From Phoronis australis (taxonomy: Eukaryota; Animalia; Phoronida), in assembly GCA_002633005.1 (NCBI GenBank), contig NMRA01000932.1, positions 49,704 through 95,330 on the forward strand: 45,627 bases of DNA, in the 5' to 3' direction. Shown in pieces: positions 1 to 12,565 of this stretch. The translations under genes and the position numbers were made by a program. The notes beneath the pieces were generated by a model that had not been told where the DNA came from, made no database searches, and worked only from the letters and a program-made list of their open reading frames with translations. Position 1 is the first letter of the stretch. Every line of letters begins with the position of its first letter.

Positions 1-898
1 ATATGCCGGAGTTGCGAATCAGTTGTCTATAATCTATGACGGCACTGAGTCCTCAGTGGAAAGTGTCGGATCCCGCGTGATCCAGATCCAGGGTGATTCG
101 TGCCCATTCAGGGAGTTTTCGAGCGTGACGCCTGTGGCAACACGGCAGTTAAGTGCCGGGACAAACTGGACGAACACATTACCAGAGCAATATTGAAACC
201 TTGAACTGCGCATGCGCGAAAATCACTCAGTCAGCCCCCTCCAGGATACATGGGATTGGCAGAGAACACAGCGTGGGGGTCTTATTTATGAACCAATCAC
301 ATTTGCCGATAGCACATAACATAGATAAGTATTTTATTAAAAACGTGGCCAAGTTTCAGCAAAATTGGAAAAAAATTACGTTTAACATGGTATGGCCAAA
401 ATTTCGACTTATTTTGTCGCTTCGATCAGTGGAATCGCCGCTGAAAACCCGAAAGTGCATGTGAGAAAACGATTTTCGACCAAGCCTTTCATGTGCGGTT
501 AGTTGCCGATAGACCCAAAGTAGCTATGTCAGGAAAACTCCCCTGAGCTGTTTACGGTACACTTCAGAGAAAAAAGTCTTTGTACCTAATAATAATTTGT
601 GTCCGAGTACTTCGGGCATGGTTTAAAATTGAAAGGAGTCATTACAAGTTGAATTTATGAGAATTGTATTGTTGCATTGCGAAAAACTAGTCGATTGAGG
701 TAGTGCGAGATAAGGCAACGAATAAAAAGGACAGCCTTGAGTTGCTCACGAGTGGTGACTGTTGGTATTGGCCAGACATCTGTAATAATATGTTTTGTCT
801 TTCCTTTTAACGGAATATATTTGAACTTTGGTAATTTTGGGCTACAAAATGTAGAACAACCTTCCTGGTGCTTCTCTCAAGCTAGACACGCGGACTGA

Positions 899-926
899 GC
901 AAGGAGTGTAGTAGTACACTCCTTGC
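899..926. repeat. Perfect 12-bp-stem hairpin
   Basis: GCAAGGAGTGTA-gtag-TACACTCCTTGC. Confidence 0.8.
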
Positions 927-1084
927 GCGGAGTGTGAAGCGCTAACTGGTCCATAAGCGATGAGTTTATACAGAGAACCTGGCGGATGACCTAGTTTACG
1001 TATTGCTGGGCCCCGTGCGCGCATGGTACCTCTGCCGTACTCAGTCCTAATGGTTCGGGATCTAAAATTCTCAGGCTATATTAT

Positions 1085-1320
1085 CAGTGACTCACAGGGA
1101 CAATCAAAGTAGAGCTACGGCTTGCTTGTACCGCCACACGGCGCCGGCTACGCGGACCGGCATCCCGGGCGCACACGCCAGTTTTGAACTTCCTAAAACC
1201 TTCCGAGTGTTCCAGGACCAACAAGGATCGCCGCAAGGCGGCTACAGGGCTCACACGCCGGATCGTGCCGGATGTGCATCCGTATTGATCCGGAACCTAT
1301 ATGTGGTCACTGGGGCTTAA
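1085..1320. mobile_element. GC-rich MITE-like fragment
   Basis: Imperfect inverted ends CAGTGACTCACA / TGTGGTCACTG followed by GGGCTTA; GC-rich interior in an AT-rich intron. Confidence 0.35.
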
Positions 1321-1586
1321 TCTGCCGGGGACTCATCGGTGTGCCGATTGTATAACTCCACTTATGTTGCATGTATAGCCAATATACGAGACACTGGAAA
1401 CAGTAAACATATCTGATACTACAATATCCCCCGGGGTTTTATTTATTCATCCCAGGTGGCGTTGTAGGCCTGCGGTCCTGGAAATTTGAAGTATCCTTTT
1501 AAGTGTTACATGATAATGTCTTAAAAATCCGTGAGTTTAACAGTGTGGTGCAGTTACAATACTGAACCAAGCGATTTATCTTTCAG

Positions 1587-4500
1587 GATTCGCTCCATCT
1601 ATTGCCTGAGCGGCGTTATATTTTTCGTCTGCTCTACGTACGTCACGCAACCTATGGGATTCGTGTCACCTATACTAACTGTCGCCACTATAAGTGTGGG
1701 TGCTGTCTTGTTTATTGCTGGTACTAAACTCTACACAGTCAAAGAAAGGAAACGTGAGTAATTCATCTTTGTTAAGAAACTTGAACTAAAGACAACGTTT
1801 TTGAAATACGAAACTTTCAAGTTGGCATATGCATCCGTCATTCCCCATAGCTTTATTCTGAACTGACTCGCTTTGCTAGTAGGTTACATTAAAACAAAAA
1901 AATAATAGTCGAACACAAACAAAATTGTTCAAAAACCAACACATTTTACAGAAACAGCATACAGAATCGTTGAAGACTTAGTGTAGAAAAGGTTGAGCAT
2001 TTGGCTAGAACGAAAAACTGTTCGTGTCCGAATGGTGGAGTTGACTGGAAATACGAAAATACCATGCCTTCGGAAGGAGTGCGGCCAATTGTAGCCTATA
2101 CTTTACTTTAGAAGGGCGAAGTCGGCTGAAATTTCTGGTGGGGATTGGCCAGGGCTAGCCGGCGAAGTGTTTGTCGGTTAATACACGGCCACCTACCAAG
2201 CAGTCCCCGTGAATTTCAGGATTTCGAGTCGCGACTTGGAATGATAAAACTAGTAAAATGTAGGGTAAATTGACCATTCCAATTATAACTAAATCTACCA
2301 GCTAACCCAGTGGCACCCATTCAATTACACACCATATTTCTGCAATTTCAGGATATGTTATCACTGGTCTAGCAGGTTTAGCCGCGCACCGGATTAGTCG
2401 TTGTTTCCACAGAAAAACCGACGATTCTTCCGATGCTCATGTGGAGTGGTCGCCCCTTGTGTCAAGCCCTATTCAACACGCGAATAAGAGGGAATCGGCC
2501 GCAAAAGCCGTGATGGTCACGTTAAAGAAAATTGGCCGTGTGTTTCCCGTGTTTGGAACCATGTTTGTGATTTGTAGCGTTGCGCCACAGGTACTGACGT
2601 CATCTTACTGGGGGTAACCTAGGGATTCCCCTATCTTGGGTCCAACTTCTGCCATTTCTCTATAAGAAATTACTTTAGGTCGAAAGTTGTAATTGAAAAA
2701 TCACCGGTTGAATTCCTCAGAAGCATGTGGTAATTTTGTCTGCATGAACAAATATATGTTAGTGGAATGGGCCACCGCCATATTGTTTGTATCCAATTGG
2801 GAATAACTGCGTGGGGTGTGACGTAATCACATTCCGTTCACTATTTTAAAATATCTATCCAAATAAGTTGATTAAACCAGGCGAACAACTTGGTTGTGGT
2901 AGGATTGTTTGAGTGTCTGCTTACTAACTTATTATAATGTTAAATCTGTTATATAGCCATTTTTTACTTGCGTATTTGCTTGCTTTGAGGTGGTTGTGTA
3001 GTATCGTCATGTCTATTATCTCTGAGTCTCAACGGTTCACACCAACCTCTCACCTATTAACAATGGCACCGACGACGCTGCGGTCGGGCCCAAGTTCAAA
3101 CCCCGGTCACTTTGAACGAAGAAAAAATGTTATCGTCCACGAGTATGCCCGATACCCGTGCTTGTTTTTCTAAGAACGCTGTAACACCTGAAGATGGACG
3201 GAGAAATTCCCGACCGAAACGTAGTGCCAATGTTGATGAAAATAGACTTAAGCATTTTAGACCTGGTGTTAATTTAATTAATTAGCAAGTGGGATATTTA
3301 AATTTCCTTCTTCAACCTGTGCCTTTCCTTTGACTTACTTCAGCTTATATTCGCCATAGAAATACAACTCACTTCCTTAATCCAGCCTCGACTAAATCTT
3401 TGACAGGAGAGGGGTGCAGTTCAAAGCTTAGAGAAAAGGCTCAAAAGGGACCCATTTGTAGGGAGCTTTAATGGGGAAGTCACCCTTCCTGAGGGTTGTG
3501 ATCCAGAAACGCCTAAATTTTGTAAAGATTTATTACATAAACCTGAACCTTTCCTCGGAATTCGTAGACAGCTGTTTTCACTAAGACTGAAACAATACAA
3601 GAAGAGACACTATGTTATCAAAAATTAAAGTTTAAGAAATACAAAATAGGCTTTAATGATAATCCCCTTATAATAAAGATTTTTGAAGTTGGAAAAAATC
3701 TGTGAAGTTAAGTTTCAAACTCCCAATTTAAAATGAACCTATTGCAAGAAATATTTATCAGAGAAGGTACCCTTCTAAGGGAATTTGTGTCGGAATAGTC
3801 ACTCTTAAGTAGGGAGACTTTTCGTGGAAAATCACCCATCTGAGCGATACGTTCCGTATATCCCTTCTATGCGAATACCCCATCCCCTAGGGTCTACTCA
3901 TTTATCTTGTCTTTTACACATCCGCCACAACTCCATTTTGTAGGTACCTCTTGCGTTTCATCAGCTGTTTACGCCCAACATTACCAACGCTCCAGACCAT
4001 TCTGTCATTATCTTTGACCGTTGGTATTACGAGCTTGTTGTAATCACCGGCTGCGTTGTTGTGCTGCTTCCTGTCTTGATCTTCATCGTTGTGCTACCTT
4101 GGAGCGGAAAGATGCCGTCGCTTTATCAGAAAATAGGTATTTGTGCAGCCTCGTCCCCAAACCTCAAGATGGCGCTGATCGGTTTGGCCATTTGGGGCTT
4201 GGTGAGATCATCCCTTATGCGCGTTCATTGGCCGTAGACCTCGTTCACTGCTGACAAGAGCGACACAAGAAACCTTCAAACACTTGAATCTCTGAAAACT
4301 TAAATACTAGTTCTTAGATATTCTTGTCATTGCTTCGTTGATGTGATGAATTTGAGTATTTTTTTCCACAAACTACGCGAGATCCAAATGCAGATTTAAT
4401 TATTTTCACAGAAGACACTGTTTTTGTTATTGCTTGAAACATAGAACTCTAACCGTGGAATGTAAACTTCGATCTCGCGCTGTTGAGGTTGTGCCGCGCA

Positions 4501-7500
4501 TGCTTTACATTTGTTTGCATTCGTTTGTTCCAGTGTTGGTTATTCATGGAATTTGGTGTCACTAAAAACTTTTCGCAACACCGCCGTTTTTCAACCGATT
4601 TGCATAAGAGTCATATCATTAGAAAGAACCGCATAAGTTCTTGATGTAGTATGCTTATAGAAGAAGCAAACGATACGCAATTTAATTCGTAAATAATCGT
4701 CATTTCGTATACCTGGCAGGTTTAAAAAATATGTCCAAAATGCAAAAAATAACGGTGTGTAATAGTAATATCAAAAGGAAATGAACCACAGAGGTTATAC
4801 AAATGCCTAATTAAACCAGAAGGGAAATAATTTCAATGAGTCGGCCTTCATTCAAAATTATACATCTTTATATATTAATCTGACCTTTGATGCCATTTGA
4901 TACAGTTCTTCAGAAAAATTCAGGATGCAATGACATTTACCAAAATGTGATAAACTAATTACTCCCACTGCCTATCCGCAATTTGCAGATAAAGGCTTTC
5001 TGATTGATAAATAATGAGCAAACATCTATTGTGAAGGTTTGAAATGTACTGTGGATAGATCATTATATAGGTTGCAGTGTAGCACTTTCCATAATTGTAG
5101 TTTGTACATAAAGTCACTTCTTCAGAAAGTAAAAATTACTGATCCTAGTGATACATGCAGTGTGTGTCACCCTAAACAAGAGACATTGGAACACATTTTC
5201 AGTACGACTGTTATGTTACTAAAGAAATTGGACTCTGGAAAATAACAATATTCATGACAAAGAGACAAATGAACAGCTGTTTCATAGTTGTCAACATTCG
5301 GGAATGGAAAAAAAAACTGTACAACTGGTTTGCAGTAGAGCATCTGGGATTATGCCAAAACGCAAGGGTGAAATGTTCGTCGCAACACACAGAAACGTCC
5401 AAACAGCGTTTTTTTTGTCAAACAGGAGACGTTACACCCAAAAGCTCCCGACGGCGTTTTTTTTGCCTTTTTAAGTCGAATAGGCAACTGGGTGTGCCTT
5501 AAAACTTCGGGTGCCTCAAAAACCCATGAAACATCCCGTTTCTTTCTTTTTATTAGAACGGGAAAATAGAGCTATGTCGTGTGGGAAATTACATTAGTAT
5601 ATGATAATACGTCAATGGCCGAGTGTCAAAAAGCGGACATTTTGATGGTGTGGCAGGATGTCTGGAAAATTCAAAAAGTGGGATAGTCCACCAAGAGTGA
5701 GAGACAGTTGGCAAGTACACTGTCAGCAACTCTAAGTATTGGATTGGATTTTTTACAAAGTAAACTTTTCATTTTTAAAATTTTATTTCACGGGTATCGG
5801 TAAATACTGCAGATAACATTCACTGATCAGAAATCGAATTAATAAAAAGTATTTGGGCAACAGCCATTGCACAAATTAATCCCAATAAAAACACTCGAAA
5901 ACAGTAATAATTTATACAAACACAAACACACACACTTAGCTCGCAAATGCGAGTAGTAAGTAGGTTCACAACTTTTCATTTGTAATTGCAAAACAAACGC
6001 TCAAAACTTGAGCAGAAAAAAATGTACATTCATGGCCAAACGTCGATATCAATAACATGACCAAATTTTATTCAAGTAAATGTTCAAGATAAAATCTCAA
6101 AAATGCTGTTACAGTTTTCTAAATAATCATTTGCTTTCGTTTTTTGCAACTTCTGATTTTTTTCATAATTGTCATAAATGTCTTAATTTTGATAGACCCT
6201 CATGCAAAAGTGGGACATTTTAAAAGCAATTTCTAGGAGTATTTTGGAAACCGGGGTATAAAGCATATTATCTGAACATTTCATGTCAATCCGATCAGCC
6301 ATTTCTGATATATGATATTCCGAAGTTCCCAAATTTGTAGTGTAGATCGTAAGTAATGAGGAAACTCGCGTTTAATGACGTACATTGAATGTTACAACGT
6401 TTTAATTTCTTACTGTTAAACTGTCTGAACTTTGCTGGAATAGAAATTACGTTTGCATGCTCTCATAAGACCAAGTGTTTACGAACTTTTGAAAAAATAA
6501 CAGCTGTGAAATGTAGTTACCTAAAGTGTCCAGATGTGCTGTTTTTGACTTTACAGGTGCTGCCAACTTATTGCTGTCCGTTTGTGTCGTAATCGGCATC
6601 GTTCTTAGTGCCGTTAAAGCTTACCAACCTTCCATGACATACGACAGAAATGCAAGAGTGTGCTACGAAATAATTGTCACCTTGGGCTTGGTCATGTGTG
6701 GAATCATCGTAACAGTAACAGGTAAGCTGTGGCTCTTTATTGGTTATGGATAACGCTATGTAAATAATATTTTTAAAAATTTAGAAGTAACGTGCATGGC
6801 TGCGTCTCATACCATTACTCAGTATAACAGTCTGAAATCACTCGGAAGGATTGTATCTCTAGCGATGCCAGTAGTCATTGTTTTAATTAGAGTATAAAAA
6901 CATTGACTAGAATTTGAAAGACGTTTTGCATCTGTGTAGTTTGAACCCTGAAACCTGTAGTCGTATTTGACCAGAGCCCCTGCCCAATTAAATAAACGTA
7001 ACACCTAAAATGAAGGAAGACTTATTTGCTAAAAATGATCACTGTTTGTGAACTAATTATCTTTGAAACAAATGCAGATTCTAAGTTGGTGCAACTAACC
7101 TATTACAATGTTGCATGAAGTCGTTCATCTTGTCAGTTTGCCCAAAGAATTTCATTATAGCTCTAGAATTTACACACGTGTAATAATAATATAATCTTAA
7201 AAGACGTTTTGTTTCAATGGAAACAAGTCCACTGGTACTAAACACGTAATGCATAATTAATAACGCATTCAAATCACTTTGTTAGAAATGAAATGAAATA
7301 TTTGTTTCCATTTGTCCGTGGTGTGCAAAATGAGCAGCTGTTTTGGGTTCACTTGTAAGGGATTGTGTAGCGACTGGATGAGCATAATCGAGGGTAATTC
7401 CGTTTTATAACGTCAGCGACGGGGTTTCCAATATAAAAATACCAAGAAACACACTGCTGGCGAGATTACCGAGCAGTTAGTTTTGTCCAAAAATCGGTTG

Positions 7501-8500
7501 CTTATCCCTTCCTTGCTACGGACAATTTTGTACTTTACCGAAAACAAAATGTCAACTGCAGGAAGTAAGCATAAAATCTGTTCTCACAGCGCTGTCCACG
7601 TGCAACAAATACCTGCATCCTTGGAATCTTTATAAACGCCATGCGCAACGCCTTTTGGTCTTAACAATGTTTGGTTGTGAACCAGTGAGGTGTCACGCAT
7701 GTAGCACTTACGAAAACGAGGTTTTACACGCTAAACACACGGTTAATAAAAACTGCCGCTCAATTCCATTTATCGAGTGCCACGCAAGCGAACATAATAC
7801 AGCACATTTTTAAGATAAGCCGTTTTAGATGAAATGTTTTAAATTTGTGTGAATCGAGCTTTAAATTTATATGACATCTCCTTAATTTACTAGTATAACC
7901 AAACTTAAAAAAATAACTTTTAAGAAAAAATTGTGTTTTGACATTAGCGTGTGTGGAGACCTAGTCTCGTTCTGAGTTTTTCCGAAGCACTGCAAAAATC
8001 TACCCATTAGATAAATTTCTCTCTGGATTTATCTCTCAGGTTCGTCTACAGCTTACACAGTGGCCCCCGACGGATTAGAAGTGGTGTTCTATGGACTATT
8101 CTTGTGCTTGGGCGGAGTTGGTAATCTGATGGGATCTGCTGTCTTCAGGATAGCTTGTGGTATGCAGTTAGTTTCTATACTACACCATAATTGTACAAAA
8201 CGCAATTTTTATATTTCGAGAGCATTTCTCATGAAATCGAAATCACGCCACTTCCTCTCACCCTTCATTCGTTTTTTTTAACAGGTTCCGATTTTAAACA
8301 ATGTGCGCTCAGACTAGAACTTCATCAAAGCGTTAGCCTAGAGTTGTATTCTTTCCTTACTTTCAGTTCTGACTGATGAGTTAGCGAAGAACAGAGAGTG
8401 GTATTTTACAGTTCTCTTTTTGGGACTGTTGATCAACTCATTTTATATTGTCTTTATGGCAAAACAACATCAGCATGAACTGCAGCACGAAGGTATGTAA
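1587..8500 (+). CDS. Divergent proton-dependent oligopeptide transporter (POT/PTR2, SLC15A3/4-like), 3' exons; 5' part not resolved
   Basis: Phase-consistent GT-AG exons 1587-1753, 2352-2590, 3944-4136, 6557-6721, 8040-8159 and 8367-8500 (stop TAA 8498-8500, or a further donor after 8492). Translations include LFIAGTKLY, KKIGRVFPVF, PSLYQKIG, AYTVAPDGLEVVFYGLFLCLGGVGNLMGS and WYFTVLFLGLLIN, which follow the order of SLC15A4 motifs such as [29 protein letters not shown]. Possible extra exon at 974-1025. Confidence 0.72.
3185..3226 (+). ncRNA. Candidate minimal type I hammerhead ribozyme (Penelope-like element remnant)
   Basis: cac-CTGAAGA-t[gg.cgg...ccg.cc]-GAAA-c-GTA-gtg; core boxes present, 3-bp stem I, stem III nearly absent (ACGT palindrome). 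Confidence 0.35.
5039..5245 (+). mobile_element. Decayed L1/Tx1-type LINE ORF2 C-terminal fragment (zf-RVT-like)
   Basis: LLQKVKITDPSDTCSVCHPKQETLEHIF matches the CxxC..E..H motif at the end of non-LTR ORF2. Confidence 0.55.
6053..6270 (+). repeat. Interspersed repeat, copy 1 (second copy at about 42650-42845)
   Basis: Shared blocks CATGACC.AA, TTCAAGAT.AAAT.TCAAAAATGCT, TTACAGTTTTCTAAAT and CCTCATGCAAAAGTGG. Confidence 0.7.
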
Positions 8501-9814
8501 ACCGCTGAAGTCTACAAAATACAATGCTTAGCTCGCTGCCCGTGGAGAGCACTGTGTGCTGACGAGGGAACTGTCTAAATGCACGCACCTGCCGAAAGAT
8601 TCAATTTTTTTACCAATAATGACGCATTTTACACGAAATCTAAATTTCAACATTTTGTTATTTTCACCAAATGAATCGACAAATTATACGGAAATGTGCA
8701 ACTTTAAACGCAGGATCGACTTTTTACACGTGGAAAGTTGCCAGGTGAAAGTACTCAAGCATCGTCGATACCGTAGCTCAGGGCCCACTGCCTGACTAAA
8801 CCACGCTCTACCCGAACAGAGTCGGAGCTGTTTAAGCATGAAATACAGTCACCCCAACACCTGTACGACAACTGCGACAATTGGCGATTTGTAATACAAT
8901 CACAATACATAACAGCCTTTGTTTTATAACTTCAAAGCTAGTAACTCTGGGAAGTTTATCTCCCATATAACAAAAAAAATCTCCAAAATGCACTTTTGCC
9001 CGGAAACCGATTCCCTTTAAAAATTATGCAGCAGTTGAAGCCGGACAACTGTGGAGGTGGCGATTCTGAGAAAAAAACATCTGTCTTTTCTTTGCAGTTT
9101 TTTAACTTCAGCGCCATGTAAAAGGAAAGCATGGGATATTTGCAAAACACTGAGATCCTCGACGAACTCTTTTCCCTGTATTTACGTTTTATAGTATTTT
9201 GGGAATATTTTGAAACACTCTTTGTGTTCGAGCTGTGCGAGAAACACCAACAGTATTGCTGCAAAAATCTCCATTTAAAACCGAAAATAGTGTTTGTTAG
9301 ACTAAAATTACGCTCCGGACTGACGGTCGTGTGTTGGGAAATAAACAATTTAGACCTAGTACGGATTTTGTTTTTCGAAAATATACCATTCAAAATACTG
9401 AGATCGCGGTGACAACCACAAAGTTTAAATGTACTAACTCAAAGAAGTATTTTATAACATTTATTTTATGATACATAAATTATTACATATAATAAATTCT
9501 TGAAACCAAAACAAGTTAACAAAGAAAACTTAAAATAAGTCCTTAACTAATACAGACTTGTACAGTGTGCACTGTACATGCGATAGAATAACACACTTGC
9601 ATAATAAAAACAGTATTAAAAGAACCAATATAACATAACACTTAATTATCGTTCTGCAGCACCAACCATTAGATGGCGGTGACAACCACAAACAATAATC
9701 ATAGGTACCAGTTCATAACTTTGAAATTCGCATCTGATACAGCTTTATGTATATTAGATCAATTATTTGCACAAACAATATAGTCTCAATTCAAACACAC
9801 CTAGTGATGCTGGA

Positions 9815-11728
9815 TTAATCAACTTCTTGCACAGTAGGCTCTCCGGATTGAGCGAAGTTCTGAGATCCAACGTTTGCTTTTTCACTACTGTGAATTTTTG
9901 TCATGACAGGAGAGCAAAACTTTTGAATTTGGTTTAGCTGGTGTTCAAACTCTTCTTTTTCAGCTAGTGTATTCTTGTCCAGCCAACTTATAACCTCTTC
10001 ACACTTTTTGACGACACTCTCTTTGTCCGAGTTTGATATTTTAGAATTCTTAGCCCCGTCCTCAGCTGCTTGTTTACAGTTAAATACGTAGCTCTCCAGT
10101 TGGTTCTTGGCTGCCACACGGGCTCGCTGCTTGTCGTCCTCGTCTCGAAACTTCTCCGCGTCATTCACCATTCGCTCAATTTCCTCCTTTGATAGTCTGC
10201 CTTTGTCGTTGGTGATAGTGATGCTGTTAGACTTTCCAGAGCTCTTGTCGTGTGCACTTACTTTCAAAATTCCATTTGTGTCCACATCGAACTTGACTTC
10301 AATCTGAGGCACGCCTCTTGGTGCTGGCGGAATACCAGACAACTCAAACTGGCCCAGGAGGTTGTTGTCCTTAGTCATAGCCCTCTCACCTTCAAACACT
10401 TGGATGGTAACACCACACTGATTGTCAGCGTATGTAGTGAAAATTTGCGATTTATGTTGAGGAACTTTGCTGTTTCTGTCGATGATGTTGGTCATAACGC
10501 CACCTGCTGTCTCGATGCCAAGAGACAAGGGTGTGACATCAACAAGCAGCAAATCGGAAACGGCTTCGTCTTTAACACCGGACAAAATGGCAGCCTGAAC
10601 AGCAGCACCATAAGCAACAGCCTCGTCGGGGTTGATAGACTTGTTCAGTTCCTTTCCATTCATAAATTCCATGAGCAACTTTTGAATCTTGGGAATTCTT
10701 GTCGAACCACCAACCAGAACTACTTCATGCAGTTGAGATTTGTCCAGTTTGGCGTCCTTCAAACATTTTTCAACCGGCTCAAGTGTTTTTCTGAACAAAT
10801 CCGCGCACAGTTCTTCAAAACGGGCACGGGTAATTTTTGTGTAAAAGTCAATTCCTTCAAGCAACGAATCTATTTCTATACTTGCTTCCGATCCAGCTGA
10901 CAGTGTTCTTTTAGCGCGTTCACATGCAGTGCGTAAACGTCTCAGAGATCGGGGGTTCACGCTCAAATCTTTACGATGTTTTCGATTGAATTCCTGGACA
11001 AAATGAGCTACTAGTCTATTGTCAAAGTCTTCCCCACCTAGATGAGTGTCACCAGCCGTCGCCATGACTTCAAACAGAGAACCGTCACTGATGTTTAGGA
11101 TAGACACATCGAAGGTTCCACCACCAAGATCGAAAATCAAAACGTTTTTCTCGCCCTTCAAATTTTTATCCAGTCCATAGGCCAGAGCAGCTGCGGTTGG
11201 CTCGTTGATAATTCGCATAACATTCAACCCAGCAATCGAGCCGGCATCTTTTGTCGCCTGTCTCTGAGAGTCATTGAAATACGCCGGAACTGTTACAACA
11301 GCATTTGTGACCTTCTGACCTAAATATGCCTCAGCTGTCTCCTTCATACTGGTCAACACCATAGAACTGATTTCCTCTGGCGTAAATGTTTTTGGTTCGC
11401 CCTTGTAGTTGACTTTAAGTTTTGGTTTACTTCCAACGTTCTCCACTTTAAACGGCCAGTGTTTCATATCTTCTTGCACAGCTGTGTCGTTGAACCGCCT
11501 TCCAATCAGACGTTTGGCATCAAAAATGGTGTTCAGGGGATTCATGGCGACCTGGTTTTTCGCACCATCCCCGATCAGTCGTTCAGTGTCAGTAAAAGCG
11601 ACGTAACTCGGCGTGGTCCTGTTTCCCTGATCGTTGGCAATTATCTCGACCTTGCCGTGCTGAAAAACTCCAACACAAGAATAGGTTGTACCCAGGTCTA
11701 TGCCGATAGCAGGAGCTTTCTGTGCCAT
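9815..11728 (-). CDS. hsp70: Cytosolic heat shock protein 70, intronless, inducible type (637 aa)
   Basis: Family signatures [22 protein letters not shown] and [14 protein letters not shown]; RARFEEL; no GGMP repeats; extra Ser in DGSLFEV; C-terminus EPTVQEVD; HSE-rich promoter. Confidence 0.98.
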   Translation of the reverse strand: MAQKAPAIGIDLGTTYSCVGVFQHGKVEIIANDQGNRTTPSYVAFTDTERLIGDGAKNQVAMNPLNTIFDAKRLIGRRFNDTAVQEDMKHWPFKVENVGSKPKLKVNYKGEPKTFTPEEISSMVLTSMKETAEAYLGQKVTNAVVTVPAYFNDSQRQATKDAGSIAGLNVMRIINEPTAAALAYGLDKNLKGEKNVLIFDLGGGTFDVSILNISDGSLFEVMATAGDTHLGGEDFDNRLVAHFVQEFNRKHRKDLSVNPRSLRRLRTACERAKRTLSAGSEASIEIDSLLEGIDFYTKITRARFEELCADLFRKTLEPVEKCLKDAKLDKSQLHEVVLVGGSTRIPKIQKLLMEFMNGKELNKSINPDEAVAYGAAVQAAILSGVKDEAVSDLLLVDVTPLSLGIETAGGVMTNIIDRNSKVPQHKSQIFTTYADNQCGVTIQVFEGERAMTKDNNLLGQFELSGIPPAPRGVPQIEVKFDVDTNGILKVSAHDKSSGKSNSITITNDKGRLSKEEIERMVNDAEKFRDEDDKQRARVAAKNQLESYVFNCKQAAEDGAKNSKISNSDKESVVKKCEEVISWLDKNTLAEKEEFEHQLNQIQKFCSPVMTKIHSSEKANVGSQNFAQSGEPTVQEVD

Positions 11729-11849
11729 AGTTCTCAGTATGTCGTGATCGGCGATGAAAATGTACTCTGTAGATTGCGCTGACAGATCTCTCGATCAAGT
11801 TTTGTTCGCAGTTTGTAACAATGAACTAACGCAAGGTACACGGAATGTC

Positions 11850-11988
11850 TTTATATAGTCCCACCAAAGGAAATTTCTAGAACATCACTCTGATTTCGTC
11901 AGAATTTAGCCCGTAATGTGATTGTCTCGAATGTTCTAGTGTTTTCTACTTAGGGGGTTTCCACTCACATGGGAGAATCTTCTAGAAA
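11850..11988 (-). promoter_or_regulatory. hsp70 promoter: TATA box plus three heat-shock elements
   Basis: TATATAAA on the minus strand at 11850-11857; perfect HSE gGAAa-tTTCt-aGAAc 11869-11883; HSE with one mismatched unit cGAAt-gTTCt-aGTGt-tTTCt 11928-11947; perfect HSE aGAAt-cTTCt-aGAAa 11974-11988. Confidence 0.9.
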
Positions 11989-12051
11989 CTAGGTTAAAGG
12001 TCACACGATGTAAACATAACCTTAGAATCACGGGAGATAATTCAACTACCA

Positions 12052-12112
12052 CGCTGGTTCCCTGCGTGCCGCTAGCTGGTCGGTAGCTGGCTAGGCACGT
12101 AGGGAACCAGTG
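12052..12112. repeat. 61-bp hairpin / micro-MITE
   Basis: CGCTGGTTCCCTGCGTGCC ... GGCACGTAGGGAACCAGTG; 19-bp arms with 2 transition mismatches. Confidence 0.75.
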
Positions 12113-12130
12113 AGCCTAAACTACACAGTA

Positions 12131-12565
12131 AAGCCCCGTACTAAGTAGAAGGGATTCCCTAAACACGGTCACGGAAGCAAAAACATGACTCACCCGTACC
12201 TGCAAACATTGTTCACTGACTCACATACTGGGAATCGGACTCACAAGACACGCTTAAGGGATCGCCAAACACGGTTCACTCCGATATATAAAGCATGTCA
12301 AATACACGGTCATGTACTCATTCGCTTCCCGCCGGAGTTGCCTCCCGAGTCGGCCTCGTCCGGCCGGCCCAAGCCTCGCCTTGATCGATCAGTTTAGCGT
12401 GTTTGGCGGTCCGTTAACCGCTCTTCGAGACCGCGAGTCCGTGACCATGTATTTGGGGCGTGAATGGGCCGTGTTTTGTCAGTCCGATCCGTGTTTATGA
12501 CTGAGTCAGTCGGAACGGAGTTTTCAGTCGTCGTGAGTCGAGTTTTTGAGTCCGTGACCGTGCTG
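12131..12565. mobile_element. Foldback-type non-autonomous DNA transposon with modular inverted repeats
   Basis: CACGGTCACGGAAGCAAAAAC (about 12164) pairs with GTTTTTGAGTCCGTGACCGTG (about 12542); AAATACACGGTCATGTACTC pairs with GAGTCCGTGACCATGTATTT; GATCGCCAAACAC pairs with GTGTTTGGCGGTC. Confidence 0.55.

Noticed and set aside
752-830. Further upstream transporter exon
   Set aside because: It has a good donor and a hydrophobic frame, but no clear acceptor or POT motif.
10107-11798. ORFs overlapping hsp70 (e.g. 10250-10900 on +)
   Set aside because: Antisense and alternative-frame shadows are common over hsp70 coding sequence, and there is no independent support.
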